IMG/VR virus record: IMGVR_UViG_2925908680_000001
Reading direction: 5' to 3' (one strand)
Source of the DNA: a virus
Taxonomy: Duplodnaviria > Heunggongvirae > Uroviricota > Caudoviricetes
Length of the DNA stretch: 64,000 nt
The notes under the pieces are model-generated. The model was not told the DNA's origin, made no database searches, and saw only the letters and a list, made by a program, of their open reading frames with translations. Both the position numbers and the translations under genes were made by a program. The first letter of the stretch is position 1. Each line of letters begins with the position of its first letter. Below are positions 10,897 through 20,825 of the stretch, in pieces.

Positions 10897-12844
10897 CAAT
10901 CCTTTACGAATTAATATTCAGTCTACTTTTGCTGATACGATCCCCGGCTATATGCCAAGTCGCTGGTCCTCAGAAGAATTAAGCGAAGATGACCTGATTT
11001 TTGAGGCGGCGACCTTAGAAGATATTGAGCTTGCCTATATGGGCAATGAAATTCTGGTTGTGTCTGACGAAGCTATGTTTGAGTCCATAACTACAACCAG
11101 AATTCGGTTAGCTCAAACAATGCGAGCTTTCGTCCGTGCGCTGAATCGTGGCCTGAATGGTACGAATATTATGGCAGGGACTGATGAAGCTGGGACCGAT
11201 GAAAATGGACGTAATTGTATTGGAGGTGCGATTATCGGTCGTGTACGTCGGGTAGCTAATATCCCTGTTTTGACCGCGCAGATACCGCTTACTGACGGGC
11301 AGAGTACAAGCATAATTTTCCACTCTCCAACAGCTGACGGGGCAAAAATAAAGAGTAACGACGAGCTTGTTGCATTTCAGTTTTTACTTAATAAGCGTAA
11401 CGTAACTCACGTTGTCGCCCCGATTGGTGGGAGAGATGTTTCTTTAAGCCAGGTATGCCAGGCGCTATCTAATTTGATTGAGCGTAACAGCGAAAAATTT
11501 AAGAAAGCAAAAGAGCGCCAGGACAAAATGAAGGCAGATATTGAGAGTTATCTCAATGAAGCAGATAAACTGGCAGAAGAACGGTCAATAATGATTGATC
11601 AGGTGGACGTTGCGCAACGTGGGCTGACTGAAAAGCGTGCTGCTCTTACGGAGATGCAAAAAAAACTTGATGCCCAGAAAGCCATCAACGAGGAATTACA
11701 AGAAAAACGCGATAAATTGTTGTCTGCTAAAGGTGAAAAAACGAAGGAACGAGCGTTTAGTGACCAGCTGCGACATGTAAAACATAATCTTGCCATTGAC
11801 GGAAAAACAGTGCTGGATAATGGCGCTGAAGTTAATTATGTCACGTCCGGCAGTGACAATTTCGTTACGATAGTAGCACCTGAAGGTAAATTCAGTATTG
11901 ATGCCAGTGCTGTCAAAGGAGGCAGTTTGGCAGATGCTGCAACCAAATTACTTAAAGCCTACCGAGAGCATAACGCAGATAAATATAAAGTTGATGTGTT
12001 ACCAGGCCAGCAGGAAGACTCCGAACCACCACAGACAGACCCCGAGACGAACCCAGTATCACAACCAGAGAGCCAAGATGTAGGTAAATACCACTATGCA
12101 CTTCAATCTCGCCCGGCTGGTGTTGGTGCTGTGCCGGATGGAAATAAAGCCGTGCTTGATCGTCCTGACCAGGCTGATCAGTATTACGAATATGCTCGTC
12201 ACGGTATCATTACGTATGACCGTAAACTGACAGATGAAGAAGTCAGCCAGTACGAGTTGCTCTATCTTCCTGATGAAGATGAGCTGAAAGATTTTGCAGG
12301 CCAATTGGTTGTGTCCAGCATGTCGAAACATATTGATGGCTATGTAGACCTGTTTGGCAGTGACCTGAAAACATTCAAGGCGCAAGTGAAAATTCTTTTC
12401 CGCAAAGCGTTTCCAAACGTGGCGTATCCACTTAGTGATGGGGAGAACCTTTTCATTATGGACGTGTATAACGCCCTTCAAAATCATTCAAGCGAAGTAA
12501 AAATAGAGCATATGGTTGAGCCAGAATCACAACCACAACCACAACCACAACCACAACCACAACCACAACTACAACCAGCACCAGAACAGGAGCCAGAAGA
12601 AACGGGTGAATCAGCAAGTGAAGCTGATCAGGAGGCAGATAAAGCACTGGAGTACCTGAAATCCGTGCCGGAGCAGTTTACATCCCGCGATCTGACGGTC
12701 ATCAGTGCTGAACTTGATCATGTGCAGGAAGCAGCAAACGCTCTAATCAGTGCAGGTCGATACGACGAGAACGAAGCCACTGTTGGTGAAGCAGTTGACT
12801 ACCTGATCAACATTCTGGCTGAAATTCAGCAGGGAGGTGCTTAA
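10850..12844 (+). CDS. DarA-like internal head/antirestriction protein (putative)
   Basis: 664 aa, coiled-coil centre, (QP)n linker; position after holin genes as in P1 darA operon; not sequence-verified. Confidence 0.35.
   Translation: MLLKKKSRAWRMSMINNPLRINIQSTFADTIPGYMPSRWSSEELSEDDLIFEAATLEDIELAYMGNEILVVSDEAMFESITTTRIRLAQTMRAFVRALNRGLNGTNIMAGTDEAGTDENGRNCIGGAIIGRVRRVANIPVLTAQIPLTDGQSTSIIFHSPTADGAKIKSNDELVAFQFLLNKRNVTHVVAPIGGRDVSLSQVCQALSNLIERNSEKFKKAKERQDKMKADIESYLNEADKLAEERSIMIDQVDVAQRGLTEKRAALTEMQKKLDAQKAINEELQEKRDKLLSAKGEKTKERAFSDQLRHVKHNLAIDGKTVLDNGAEVNYVTSGSDNFVTIVAPEGKFSIDASAVKGGSLADAATKLLKAYREHNADKYKVDVLPGQQEDSEPPQTDPETNPVSQPESQDVGKYHYALQSRPAGVGAVPDGNKAVLDRPDQADQYYEYARHGIITYDRKLTDEEVSQYELLYLPDEDELKDFAGQLVVSSMSKHIDGYVDLFGSDLKTFKAQVKILFRKAFPNVAYPLSDGENLFIMDVYNALQNHSSEVKIEHMVEPESQPQPQPQPQPQPQLQPAPEQEPEETGESASEADQEADKALEYLKSVPEQFTSRDLTVISAELDHVQEAANALISAGRYDENEATVGEAVDYLINILAEIQQGGA
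12527..12589 (+). repeat. hexanucleotide (CAACCA)n microsatellite, about 9 units, in-frame (QP repeat)
   Basis: Read directly; encodes QPQPQPQPQPQPQLQP. Confidence 0.9.
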
Positions 12845-13212
12845 TGACCATCTCTGTTTTAGACCGCCTGAAATTAGGTAAAGAGCTATCAGATCTAATG
12901 CAGGCGCAGAAAACTGCGCCAGTATTGCAACGCGTCACCATTGGTAAGCAGATTGTTGATGTGATGCTGAAATTGGGCCTGGGGACTGCCGCGCAACCGG
13001 CAGCGGAACCGCAACAACAGACTGATCCTGTTGTAGATGAAGTCCCTAAGATAGTGACTGACTTCTTGGGCGGTGTGTTCACAAAGTCCACACAAATGGA
13101 ATTTATTGATGCGCTGCGTGGGATCTCAAACTATGTTGGCGAGTTCCTTACGTTGGAGCAGGCTAAAGAGCAGACCATAAGCTGGGTGAAAGCTAACGGT
13201 TATGCCGGGTAA
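12844..13212 (+). CDS. hypothetical protein
   Basis: 122 aa ORF, ATGA overlap with preceding gene. Confidence 0.35.
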   Translation: MTISVLDRLKLGKELSDLMQAQKTAPVLQRVTIGKQIVDVMLKLGLGTAAQPAAEPQQQTDPVVDEVPKIVTDFLGGVFTKSTQMEFIDALRGISNYVGEFLTLEQAKEQTISWVKANGYAG

Positions 13213-13213
13213 T

Positions 13214-13240
13214 CAAAAGGGGCTGAAATGCCCCTTTCAC
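13214..13240 (+). terminator. hairpin aaaggggc-tgaaat-gcccctttc
   Basis: 8-bp stem directly after stop codon, short T-stretch. Confidence 0.5.
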
Positions 13241-13294
13241 TTATCTGTTCTCACATAAATCACACACTTTTTACACTCACAGCTTTCTCTATAG

Positions 13295-14692
13295 TTGGAG
13301 TGTATTTTGAACAAATCAGTTACTTCTGCGCTTTCCGGGGCCACAGATATTAACAGCGTCATTGCTCTGGTTTCTTCATTAGAGAGGAAAGAAACACGCC
13401 TGGGGCGAAGTAGCTACGTAGTCACCAGCAAAGGTGCAGAGGTAAAGACGGCTTTTAAGGTCGTTGATGCCAGCAGTCTGATCATTTCGAACAACCTTGA
13501 CGGTACGATTAACCCGGCCTTCCCGGAAGAACTCCAACCACGAGATCGTACCCGGCTATCCAGCAAACTCCAGGTTAACCGTATTGCCTCCAATTTACGC
13601 CCGGCACAATTAACGGATTCCGGTATGAGCAGCCACGGAGCGCCGATAGTTGGTCCGGACAACGTTGTTGAATCCGGCAACGGAAGGAGTATGGGTATCT
13701 GGCGTGCCTATGAGCAAGGACAGGCGGATGAGTATCGCCAGTACCTGATCGACCATGCGAAAGAGTTTGGTCTGAATCCTGACGAAATTTCGCAAATGTC
13801 TATGCCCGTACTGGTGCGAGAAAGACTCACAGATGTAGACCGCGCTCAATTTGCCCGCGATTCAAACATTAGCGATCTGCAAGAGATGGCAGCAAGTGAA
13901 AAAGCGTATGCGGATGCGCAATTTCTCACTGAGAGCGTCATGGCGCTATTTAATCCTTCAGATGATGGAAATCTGCTGGCGCGGTCCAATGATGCGTTTA
14001 TTCGTGCGTTTTTGCGCGAAATTGGCGATACAGCGACGGCAGGCTTGCTTACTGCCGATGGGCGTCCCACGAAACAGCTTATCGATCGCATCCAGAATGC
14101 AATTTTTGCCAAAGCGTACAAGGATGAAAGGCTTGTTCGGCTGGTGTCGGAAGAGCCAGATCCGGAAATGCGTAATATCCTGACCGCATTAAATACGGCA
14201 GCCAGCGATTTTGCGCAAATGCAGTCGCTGTCTGGCGACGCTCACCATGACGCAGTAACAGGCTTAGTGGACGGTATAGAGCAGGTTAATGGCCTGGATA
14301 CACAGGCGATAGCAGCACTCCAGGAAGCAATTAATCTTGTACGTGAAGCCAAAGACAACGGTCAGGCCGTTGAAGAAGTGATCGCCCAAAGGGGGTTATT
14401 CGGCGATAGTACACCGGAAGCTGAGGCATTGGCGTTATTCATCGTAGCAAATAATCGCAGTGCGAAGCGTATGGGGGCAGCATTCAAAAAAATGGCGCAA
14501 AAAATCAACGACGAGCTGACTCATAAACAACAGGCATTGGGCGATATGTTCGGCGGTGGCGATGTTGATCTGCGTCGTATTTTGTCTGCTGTATCTGATG
14601 AAATTGAGGGTGAATTTGGCAAAGGGAAAGGTCTGAACTTTGCTATGTTTGAAAATTCTACAGGTCTAAATAATTGCAGTATGGAAAACTAA
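13295..14692 (+). CDS. hypothetical late protein
   Basis: 465 aa ORF in late gene block; no motif recognised. Confidence 0.35.
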   Translation: MECILNKSVTSALSGATDINSVIALVSSLERKETRLGRSSYVVTSKGAEVKTAFKVVDASSLIISNNLDGTINPAFPEELQPRDRTRLSSKLQVNRIASNLRPAQLTDSGMSSHGAPIVGPDNVVESGNGRSMGIWRAYEQGQADEYRQYLIDHAKEFGLNPDEISQMSMPVLVRERLTDVDRAQFARDSNISDLQEMAASEKAYADAQFLTESVMALFNPSDDGNLLARSNDAFIRAFLREIGDTATAGLLTADGRPTKQLIDRIQNAIFAKAYKDERLVRLVSEEPDPEMRNILTALNTAASDFAQMQSLSGDAHHDAVTGLVDGIEQVNGLDTQAIAALQEAINLVREAKDNGQAVEEVIAQRGLFGDSTPEAEALALFIVANNRSAKRMGAAFKKMAQKINDELTHKQQALGDMFGGGDVDLRRILSAVSDEIEGEFGKGKGLNFAMFENSTGLNNCSMEN

Positions 14693-14701
14693 GCCAACCG
14701 C

Positions 14702-14724
14702 TGAAATCACATACTGATTATGCT
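14702..14724 (+). promoter_or_regulatory. late-promoter-like element TGAAATCACATACTG + -10-like GATTAT
   Basis: Same family; 33 bp upstream of 14757 ORF. Confidence 0.5.
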
Positions 14725-14756
14725 GCCGCAAAACTGGAAACAATTTGCGGTGATTC

Positions 14757-16439
14757 ATGGCAACGAAAGACAAAAACAAAGGCTTTCTGTCAGCATTGAA
14801 GAAAGCCTTCAACGGTGGTGATGTTACGCCCGCCGAACCGGTCGTTTTTACGAGCGGGCATAGTGTCGTTGCTCGTTCCGGCCTGTCTGCTTTACGTCCA
14901 GGTATACTGGGGAGCAACAGCGATGGCATGACGAGTGCAGCAGATTCAATTTCTTTATCCGCTGAACTGCCCGGCGAGCGCCTGCAAAAGTACAACATCC
15001 TGGAAACGATGGCTAAAAGCCCGACTATCTCGACGGCTTTAAACATTCACATTGCACATGCGCTTGCGCCTTCAAAAAAAACCGGACAAGCATTCATCCT
15101 TTCGCCAAAGGATGGTTCCGATGCTGAGGCAGTAAGTAGATGTGAAGAGTTAACCGCTGATTTGGGGGCGATGATTAATGACGGACTTCCTTCATGGGCC
15201 ATGATTATGGCTATCTTTGGGGTGTCTTATGTCCGACCTTATGCTGAACAGGGCAGGGGGATAACAGGCATTGAGTCCAGTTATTACACTCTGCCACACT
15301 TCGTCCAGGAGTTTTATCGTGGTAGCCAGCTGGTAGGTTTCAGTGGTGATTACATTCTGGATACGCATAGTTTGCGCAGAGTAATAACCGAACCGTGGAA
15401 TCTGGTTTCCATGAAAAATCCCTATTGGACGCCACAGCATAAAGTTATTCCGGTTAGCTACGGCACAAAAGGGTACTCACTGTTAAGTGATCAGGCTGAT
15501 AAGCCGTTAATGGAGACGCAGAATTACGGAACTTCATTCCTGGAATACAGCTATGAACCTTACCTTAATTTATGTGCTTCGCTCGCCGCGCTGAAATCAA
15601 CGCGAAATAATGCAGCCAAAATTGACCGCCTGATTGCTCTTACGACGAACACACTGGACCCGGTTAATGCGGCGAACTATACGCGTGGCGTCAGCCAGGC
15701 ATTGAAGCGTCATAGTGACCTGGTGGCGCAAAGGTCGATTAATGCCAACGCTATTCCGACTGTGCTTAACCATCTGATACCTGTTATGGGAGACGGGAAG
15801 AACGGCATCACCATTGATACGCAATCCATACCCGCAGATATCAGTGGTATCGAAGACGTTATGTTTCACCTCCGGCAGCTTGCTGCAAGCCTCGGCATTG
15901 ACGCAACAATGCTTGGCTGGGCTGATCAGATGAGCGGAGGGCTTGGAGAAGGCGGCTGGCAGCAAACTGCTATCCAGGCTGCATTGCGTGCGAACTGGAT
16001 CAGACAGGCCGCCCAGCGAACTATTTATCGGCTTCTGGACATTCACCTCGCTTATAAATACGGCAAGGTTTACACCGAAACAAACCGCCCTTATGACGTG
16101 CAATTCAACTCAATGAACACTGCTATCCAGGAAGAGGAAAACCGAGAACTGGATGCACGCGCCAACTTTGTTGCTGTCATCTCCCAAATTATGGACCAGA
16201 TCCAGAACAACCCGAAACTGGCTGGTAGCGACGCGTTTATGCGTTATCTGTTCACTGAGCAGTTGCACATCGACGATGACACTCTCAACACCATGATCAA
16301 AGAGTTTAAGGCGAATGAATCAGAGCAAAACAACGAGCATGGTATGTACGAATCCGCGCCGTTGTCGTCCGGTGACGATCCGGAAAACTGGACGCCAGAA
16401 CAGTTAATAAACTTTGCAAAATTTGTGATGAGCAATTAA
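14757..16439 (+). CDS. putative portal/head morphogenesis protein
   Basis: 560 aa, size and position (before protease/scaffold-like gene) only. Confidence 0.3.
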   Translation: MATKDKNKGFLSALKKAFNGGDVTPAEPVVFTSGHSVVARSGLSALRPGILGSNSDGMTSAADSISLSAELPGERLQKYNILETMAKSPTISTALNIHIAHALAPSKKTGQAFILSPKDGSDAEAVSRCEELTADLGAMINDGLPSWAMIMAIFGVSYVRPYAEQGRGITGIESSYYTLPHFVQEFYRGSQLVGFSGDYILDTHSLRRVITEPWNLVSMKNPYWTPQHKVIPVSYGTKGYSLLSDQADKPLMETQNYGTSFLEYSYEPYLNLCASLAALKSTRNNAAKIDRLIALTTNTLDPVNAANYTRGVSQALKRHSDLVAQRSINANAIPTVLNHLIPVMGDGKNGITIDTQSIPADISGIEDVMFHLRQLAASLGIDATMLGWADQMSGGLGEGGWQQTAIQAALRANWIRQAAQRTIYRLLDIHLAYKYGKVYTETNRPYDVQFNSMNTAIQEEENRELDARANFVAVISQIMDQIQNNPKLAGSDAFMRYLFTEQLHIDDDTLNTMIKEFKANESEQNNEHGMYESAPLSSGDDPENWTPEQLINFAKFVMSN

Positions 16440-16452
16440 CCGGAGGGAAATA

Positions 16453-17463
16453 ATGCAATCACTGAATACTGTTACGGATCGCTTCTCCCTGGTAGAGAAA
16501 ATCCGCAAACACACACCGCAGAACAACCGAAATTACGTCATTCAGTCGGTACGAGACACATTCAACTCGCCAGAAACAAAAGAGCGTATCGCGCTGGGTG
16601 AGATGTATGGTTATTACGGTCATGGTCGCCGGGCGATGCACTATAACAAAACGAAAAGCCTGAACTTGCCGGAAGTCTCTGTTGTGATGGTAGATGGGAA
16701 GCCTGTTGTATTGGAGAACGTGCCGTCAAACAGGACTATCGACATTTCGATTGACGACAACGGCATTGTTACTCATACGCAGGAAATACTGGATACAGAC
16801 ACCGGGCGTATTGTTCAGGGCATGATTAATTCTGGTGCTGGTGGTTGGTCGTGGGCTACATCTGGTCCAGATTCATCGGTATCCCTGGTAAAGTCTTTCC
16901 ACGGCTTTGATTACGTAACTGTGCCTAACTATATCAGCCTCGACAAGAAAAGCCTGATGCTTGAATCAGCAGAAGAGCGCGATGCGGCTATTCATGCAGC
17001 ACTTATCGAACAAGGTTTTACCGATAACGCTGCTACGGATCTGGTTCACCACTTTTCAGCAATGAAAAATCAGCAAGCCATGCTCGAATCTGCACATCGT
17101 GAAGCCCTGGAATCAGAATTGATGCTCCTTGAAGTGGAAAACATACAGCTTCGAGATAAGCTGCGCGCTCAAACAGCGATGATGGAAAGCCAGGGGGAAA
17201 ATGCAAAGCAATGCCGCCGGATTTTGCGTGACGCTATCCAGGAAATGCCTGTTTTTATCAGCGCAGAACAGCGCCGGGCGCTCTGCCGTATGCAGTCTGA
17301 AGATGATGCCCGCATAGTGGCTGCGATGCTTGAATCTCTTGGGGCAAATGCTACTTATGGCTTACCGGTATCAGGCAAGAAAGAACCAGAGTTATCACCG
17401 AAGGAGAACAAAAACACCACCCCGTTACTCTTCGTTTCCAGAAGGGGGCAATCGCCTTGTTAA
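16453..17463 (+). CDS. putative head maturation protease/scaffold
   Basis: 336 aa with C-terminal coiled coil; position only. Confidence 0.25.
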   Translation: MQSLNTVTDRFSLVEKIRKHTPQNNRNYVIQSVRDTFNSPETKERIALGEMYGYYGHGRRAMHYNKTKSLNLPEVSVVMVDGKPVVLENVPSNRTIDISIDDNGIVTHTQEILDTDTGRIVQGMINSGAGGWSWATSGPDSSVSLVKSFHGFDYVTVPNYISLDKKSLMLESAEERDAAIHAALIEQGFTDNAATDLVHHFSAMKNQQAMLESAHREALESELMLLEVENIQLRDKLRAQTAMMESQGENAKQCRRILRDAIQEMPVFISAEQRRALCRMQSEDDARIVAAMLESLGANATYGLPVSGKKEPELSPKENKNTTPLLFVSRRGQSPC

Positions 17464-17469
17464 GTTAAA

Positions 17470-17478
17470 TTTCTAACA
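17470..17478 (-). promoter_or_regulatory. operator-like 9-mer TGTTAGAAA (minus orientation)
   Basis: Member of dispersed motif family (12 sites). Confidence 0.5.
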
Positions 17479-17565
17479 TAGTGTATTTATATACACTGTT
17501 GATCCTGGTGGATGGGATCGAGTAGGATCGCGGTCACTGCTTCGGTAGCGACTGCCAAAAAAAGC

Positions 17566-17590
17566 AAAAGCCGCTGAGAAGCGGCTTTTT
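17566..17590 (+). terminator. rho-independent terminator aaaagccgc-tgagaa-gcggctttt + T-run
   Basis: Classic stem-loop plus U-tract. Confidence 0.85.
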
Positions 17591-17651
17591 GGTGTATAAA
17601 TCCACTGGCATAGATTTATACGGTAGATAGATTTTTTCACGGAGCTATCTG

Positions 17652-18614
17652 GTGAGTATTTTAAATTCAGTTTCAGTAACTTTCAACACTTCTGAGTATA
17701 AAAACAACACTGAATACCACAAAAAAATCAAAGGTCATCAGTTGAGTTTTTTTGCTCGTCATAGCGGTCTTATTTCCCCTTCACATAGCGCCATTATTGC
17801 CGAGTTCGCCAACCTGGCAGGGGCTACCGATGAATACATGATCCGTCGCTCATATGCTGATATGTCCGAGATTACAGGACGCAGTATTTCTACTGTGCGC
17901 CGGGCATTTGCTGAAGCGACGAAGTGCGGAATGCTTGTTAAGCAACATCAGGTAGCGAATAACAATGCCCAGGTGTGTAACGTATATCGGTTTACGACAC
18001 AATTTCTCCACTTCATTCATGTAGCAATGGAGATAGGGGGTAAGCAGGGCATCAAATTTGCCAACGCCACAAAACTGGTTAAGCAGTTGATTTCAAAGGT
18101 TCGTTATTTTTTTGAAACTGGGAACCCCCTGTTCAAATTGAACAAGTCCCCCCATGTTCAAAATGAACAGCCAATAGAAAATAAGAGTCACTCTATAGCC
18201 AAAAGAAGAGAAAGATCATGCGCGGTTCAGCCAAAGGCTTCACCAGCAGATAGTTCTCAAACGGATAACGTGGTACTGGATAAAAAACCAGTAATCAGGG
18301 AAGAACATACCAACCACTGCCTGGCGGCGGCAAAAGCGAGAGCTGCAAAGCGTCGTTCAGACGAGGGGCACGCAAAACGGCAGGCTCTGTATCGTACCGC
18401 TGAAAAGCTGGCAAAAAAATTTGCATGGATACGTAGTGCCGCTACCGCAGTGAATAAGCCTAAACAATCCAATGCCCTGGATTTCTCAATGGATTATTCT
18501 GGCTCCCAGGGGTGTGCAACCATTGGTGAAGCCTTTGACCTGATGAAACAGCGTGGCTATCGGTCTGAATTTGACCGGGAGGATTGGTCAATCCCTGCGG
18601 GATTTAGGGGATGA
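17652..18614 (+). CDS. HTH DNA-binding protein, possible replication initiator (RepL-like?)
   Basis: 320 aa; HTH-like ITGRSISTVRRAFAEATKCGMLV; internal palindromic iteron pair; basic C-terminal half. Confidence 0.3.
   Translation: MSILNSVSVTFNTSEYKNNTEYHKKIKGHQLSFFARHSGLISPSHSAIIAEFANLAGATDEYMIRRSYADMSEITGRSISTVRRAFAEATKCGMLVKQHQVANNNAQVCNVYRFTTQFLHFIHVAMEIGGKQGIKFANATKLVKQLISKVRYFFETGNPLFKLNKSPHVQNEQPIENKSHSIAKRRERSCAVQPKASPADSSQTDNVVLDKKPVIREEHTNHCLAAAKARAAKRRSDEGHAKRQALYRTAEKLAKKFAWIRSAATAVNKPKQSNALDFSMDYSGSQGCATIGEAFDLMKQRGYRSEFDREDWSIPAGFRG
18125..18169. repeat. two tandem palindromes CCCCC-TGTTCAAATTGAACA / CCCCCC-ATGTTCAAAATGAACA inside coding sequence
   Basis: Read directly; 15-bp palindromes 22 bp apart. 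Confidence 0.8.
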
Positions 18615-18668
18615 CCTGTGTGTCTACAAAGCATCCCAATGATCGGAAAATGCCCGCTCGATGATTTA

Positions 18669-18677
18669 TGTTAGAAA
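18669..18677 (+). promoter_or_regulatory. operator-like TGTTAGAAA with inverted partner TTTCTAA at 18690-18696
   Basis: Dispersed motif family; upstream of icd/ant module 1. Confidence 0.55.
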
Positions 18678-18879
18678 ATTAATTTGCTGTTTCTAAATCG
18701 GAATGTATGATCTGCATCATCGACAGAAGTCATCCATTGCTGAAATTTTTAGTTGATCTTCCATGTTTTCAGGCTTATATTCATGCCGTCGTAGCAAATT
18801 CTGCGACCAGGTTTGACAGCCTGAATGTTAGTGCGGACAACCGCAGATTTCCGATATTGCGGTATTTTTGTGTCCGTAA

Positions 18880-19020
18880 ACCGCGTTACGCCCGAATTAT
18901 GGTGGGGCGTGATGGGGAGGCTTCGGCCTGCTGGTTTCACTAACGCCAGTCTGTCAACCCTGTCACGTCCTGCCACCTGTTTGACAGCGGGTAGCAGGTT
19001 GTTAAACCTGTTAGTGAGGC
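18880..19020 (+). ncRNA. candidate C4-type antisense RNA / structured leader upstream of icd-like gene
   Basis: GC-rich hairpins in leader, position equivalent to P1 c4; not verified by covariance model. Confidence 0.3.
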
Positions 19021-19027
19021 CGTAACT

Positions 19028-19252
19028 ATGGTTAATGCCAATCCTTGCTCACGTCCAGAATTCATCTGGCGTTTCCACTCCCTGCAAAAACACTGCGATC
19101 ACTTCGCAATTGCCGCAACCGAAAAAGAAGCCCGTTCTCTGATCCCTGATCAGCATGGTGTTCTTACTGGTCGTTTCTCTACTTCCCCACAACCAAACAC
19201 TAATCCCTGGTATCGCAATATTACCAATCCCGGCATTGCGGAGGCACACTGA
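19028..19252 (+). CDS. Icd-like small protein (cell-division-inhibitor family candidate)
   Basis: 74 aa with EFIWRF motif; paralog at 58655..58870; directly upstream of antirepressor. Confidence 0.45.
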   Translation: MVNANPCSRPEFIWRFHSLQKHCDHFAIAATEKEARSLIPDQHGVLTGRFSTSPQPNTNPWYRNITNPGIAEAH

Positions 19253-19959
19253 TGGATATCTGCATTCTTGAAAAGCCATCAATGACCAGCATTGAGATCG
19301 CGGAGCTGGTGGGAAAACGTCATGACAATGTGAAGCGTACCATTGAAACATTAGCCGAATCCGGCGTTATTGTTCGTCCTCAAATTGAGGATGAACCAAA
19401 AATAGATGTAATGGGGCGTTCTCGATTAATTCAGGTGTTCCGATTTAGCGACGAGCAAGGCAAACGAGACAGCATCATTGTAGTCGCACAGCTTTGTCCT
19501 GAGTTTACTGCCCGGCTGGTGGACCGCTGGCGCGAACTGGAAGAACAAGTACGCCAGCCGTTGACCGAAATAGAGATGATCGCCGCAATGGCTGCAAATG
19601 CAGTTCAGCAGCAAAAGCGGCTTCATGCTGTTGAGTCAAAGGTTAGCCAGGTCGCTGAAACCGTCGAGCAAATCAAGAAGGGCAATATGCCAGATGGCTA
19701 CATTGGCTACCGCCAGCTGGCGGCGAAATGTGGCCTGACTGAAGCCAAATGTCGCAACCTGGTTAACGCTTACCGGATTCCCACCGATACACATGAGTTT
19801 TTAACTCCAGAGGGGGTATTGTCGCGTCGTTCCATCGTGGCCTTATCTCCCTTCATGAATGCTTTTAACCGGATGATGTCGGAGGCTGAACACCGAGGAA
19901 AACGCTGGTATCACCCCAAAATGGGGCAATTCCAGGTGATCGGTTGGGGAGGTGAGTGA
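19252..19959 (+). CDS. antirepressor (Ant/Rha-type N-terminal domain)
   Basis: 235 aa; MTSIEIAELVGKRHDNVKRTIE motif; ATGA coupling to icd-like gene. Confidence 0.6.
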   Translation: MDICILEKPSMTSIEIAELVGKRHDNVKRTIETLAESGVIVRPQIEDEPKIDVMGRSRLIQVFRFSDEQGKRDSIIVVAQLCPEFTARLVDRWRELEEQVRQPLTEIEMIAAMAANAVQQQKRLHAVESKVSQVAETVEQIKKGNMPDGYIGYRQLAAKCGLTEAKCRNLVNAYRIPTDTHEFLTPEGVLSRRSIVALSPFMNAFNRMMSEAEHRGKRWYHPKMGQFQVIGWGGE

Positions 19960-20156
19960 TGGACATCATGCAGGCGGTAAAAAAAATCAGGGAAGGACAG
20001 GCTGAAGTGTGCCGCCGTAAAGCATGGAGTGTTGGTGTATGGGCCTGGCCTGATAATTACTCTACTACCGGATGGTTTTGTATTAATGGACTCCAGATCC
20101 GGGAAGTTGATTTATCGACGGCTGATATAGTCGGTAATGATTGGATCGTGACTTGA
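19959..20156 (+). CDS. DUF2829 (Tad2-like) small protein
   Basis: 65 aa; W...W....DWIV pattern; homologous to C-terminus of second Ant (58870..59811); TGATG coupling. Confidence 0.5.
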   Translation: MDIMQAVKKIREGQAEVCRRKAWSVGVWAWPDNYSTTGWFCINGLQIREVDLSTADIVGNDWIVT

Positions 20157-20164
20157 AGCGTGAT

Positions 20165-20189
20165 GCCCCGGCCTGGCCGGGGCTTTTTT
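20165..20189 (+). terminator. rho-independent terminator gccccggc-ctg-gccggggc + TTTTTT
   Basis: 8-bp GC stem plus U-tract. Confidence 0.85.
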
Positions 20190-20674
20190 CATGCCTCATT
20201 AGTTGAGGTTGCTGCGTCTCCGACTGGTAACAGAGCGGTATTGCGTGGTTCGCCAGCAGGCCAGCGATAGCCAGACACTCTTGATGTTGGGAATGCGCGA
20301 ATATTAACCGCATCCCCCTGGTTCCCACCCAGGACAAGCAGATCGCCATTGGCGCGGCGTCCGACAACGAAGCCTACGTGCCCACCGCCTACACGGGTAA
20401 ATACAACGATACATCCGTATGCCGGTGTATCTAATTTCTCGCCCCAATCCAGATAGGATTTTGCCGACTCAAATCTTGTTGAGCGGATGCCTACACGTTC
20501 CAGCATTGCACCGACAAATGCTGCGCACCACGGCGTTTCATCGTCTTTAATTCCGCCGCGCTTGATGTCGCGCCAGAACTGAACGATTTCAGGGTTGTGT
20601 TTAGCGCCTTTTATTTCAGTCAGGCCAATGTGCTTACGGGCTTCAATTAGCCAGCGAGGTTCAATGTTTGCCAT
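20189..20674 (-). CDS. Cys/His peptidase-like protein (NlpC/P60-CHAP/TIGR02594-like)
   Basis: 161 aa; conserved WCAAFV ... GGHVGFVVG pattern. Confidence 0.5.
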   Translation of the reverse strand: MANIEPRWLIEARKHIGLTEIKGAKHNPEIVQFWRDIKRGGIKDDETPWCAAFVGAMLERVGIRSTRFESAKSYLDWGEKLDTPAYGCIVVFTRVGGGHVGFVVGRRANGDLLVLGGNQGDAVNIRAFPTSRVSGYRWPAGEPRNTALLPVGDAATSTNEA

Positions 20675-20825
20675 ATTTTTCTCCCGGTCATGGGTTAATA
20701 AGTAGGCAAACTATGGGGAGTATGTGATTTTGACGGTAGTATCGCCCCCCTGAAAATAACATTCTCCATACCCTCTCAACCGTACCGCATAGCGGAATTT
20801 TTTACGGTTTAGAGGGGGAAATCCT

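Noticed and set aside
12456-12647. 63-aa poly-Val minus-strand ORF
   Set aside because: Antisense reading of the (CAACCA)n microsatellite.
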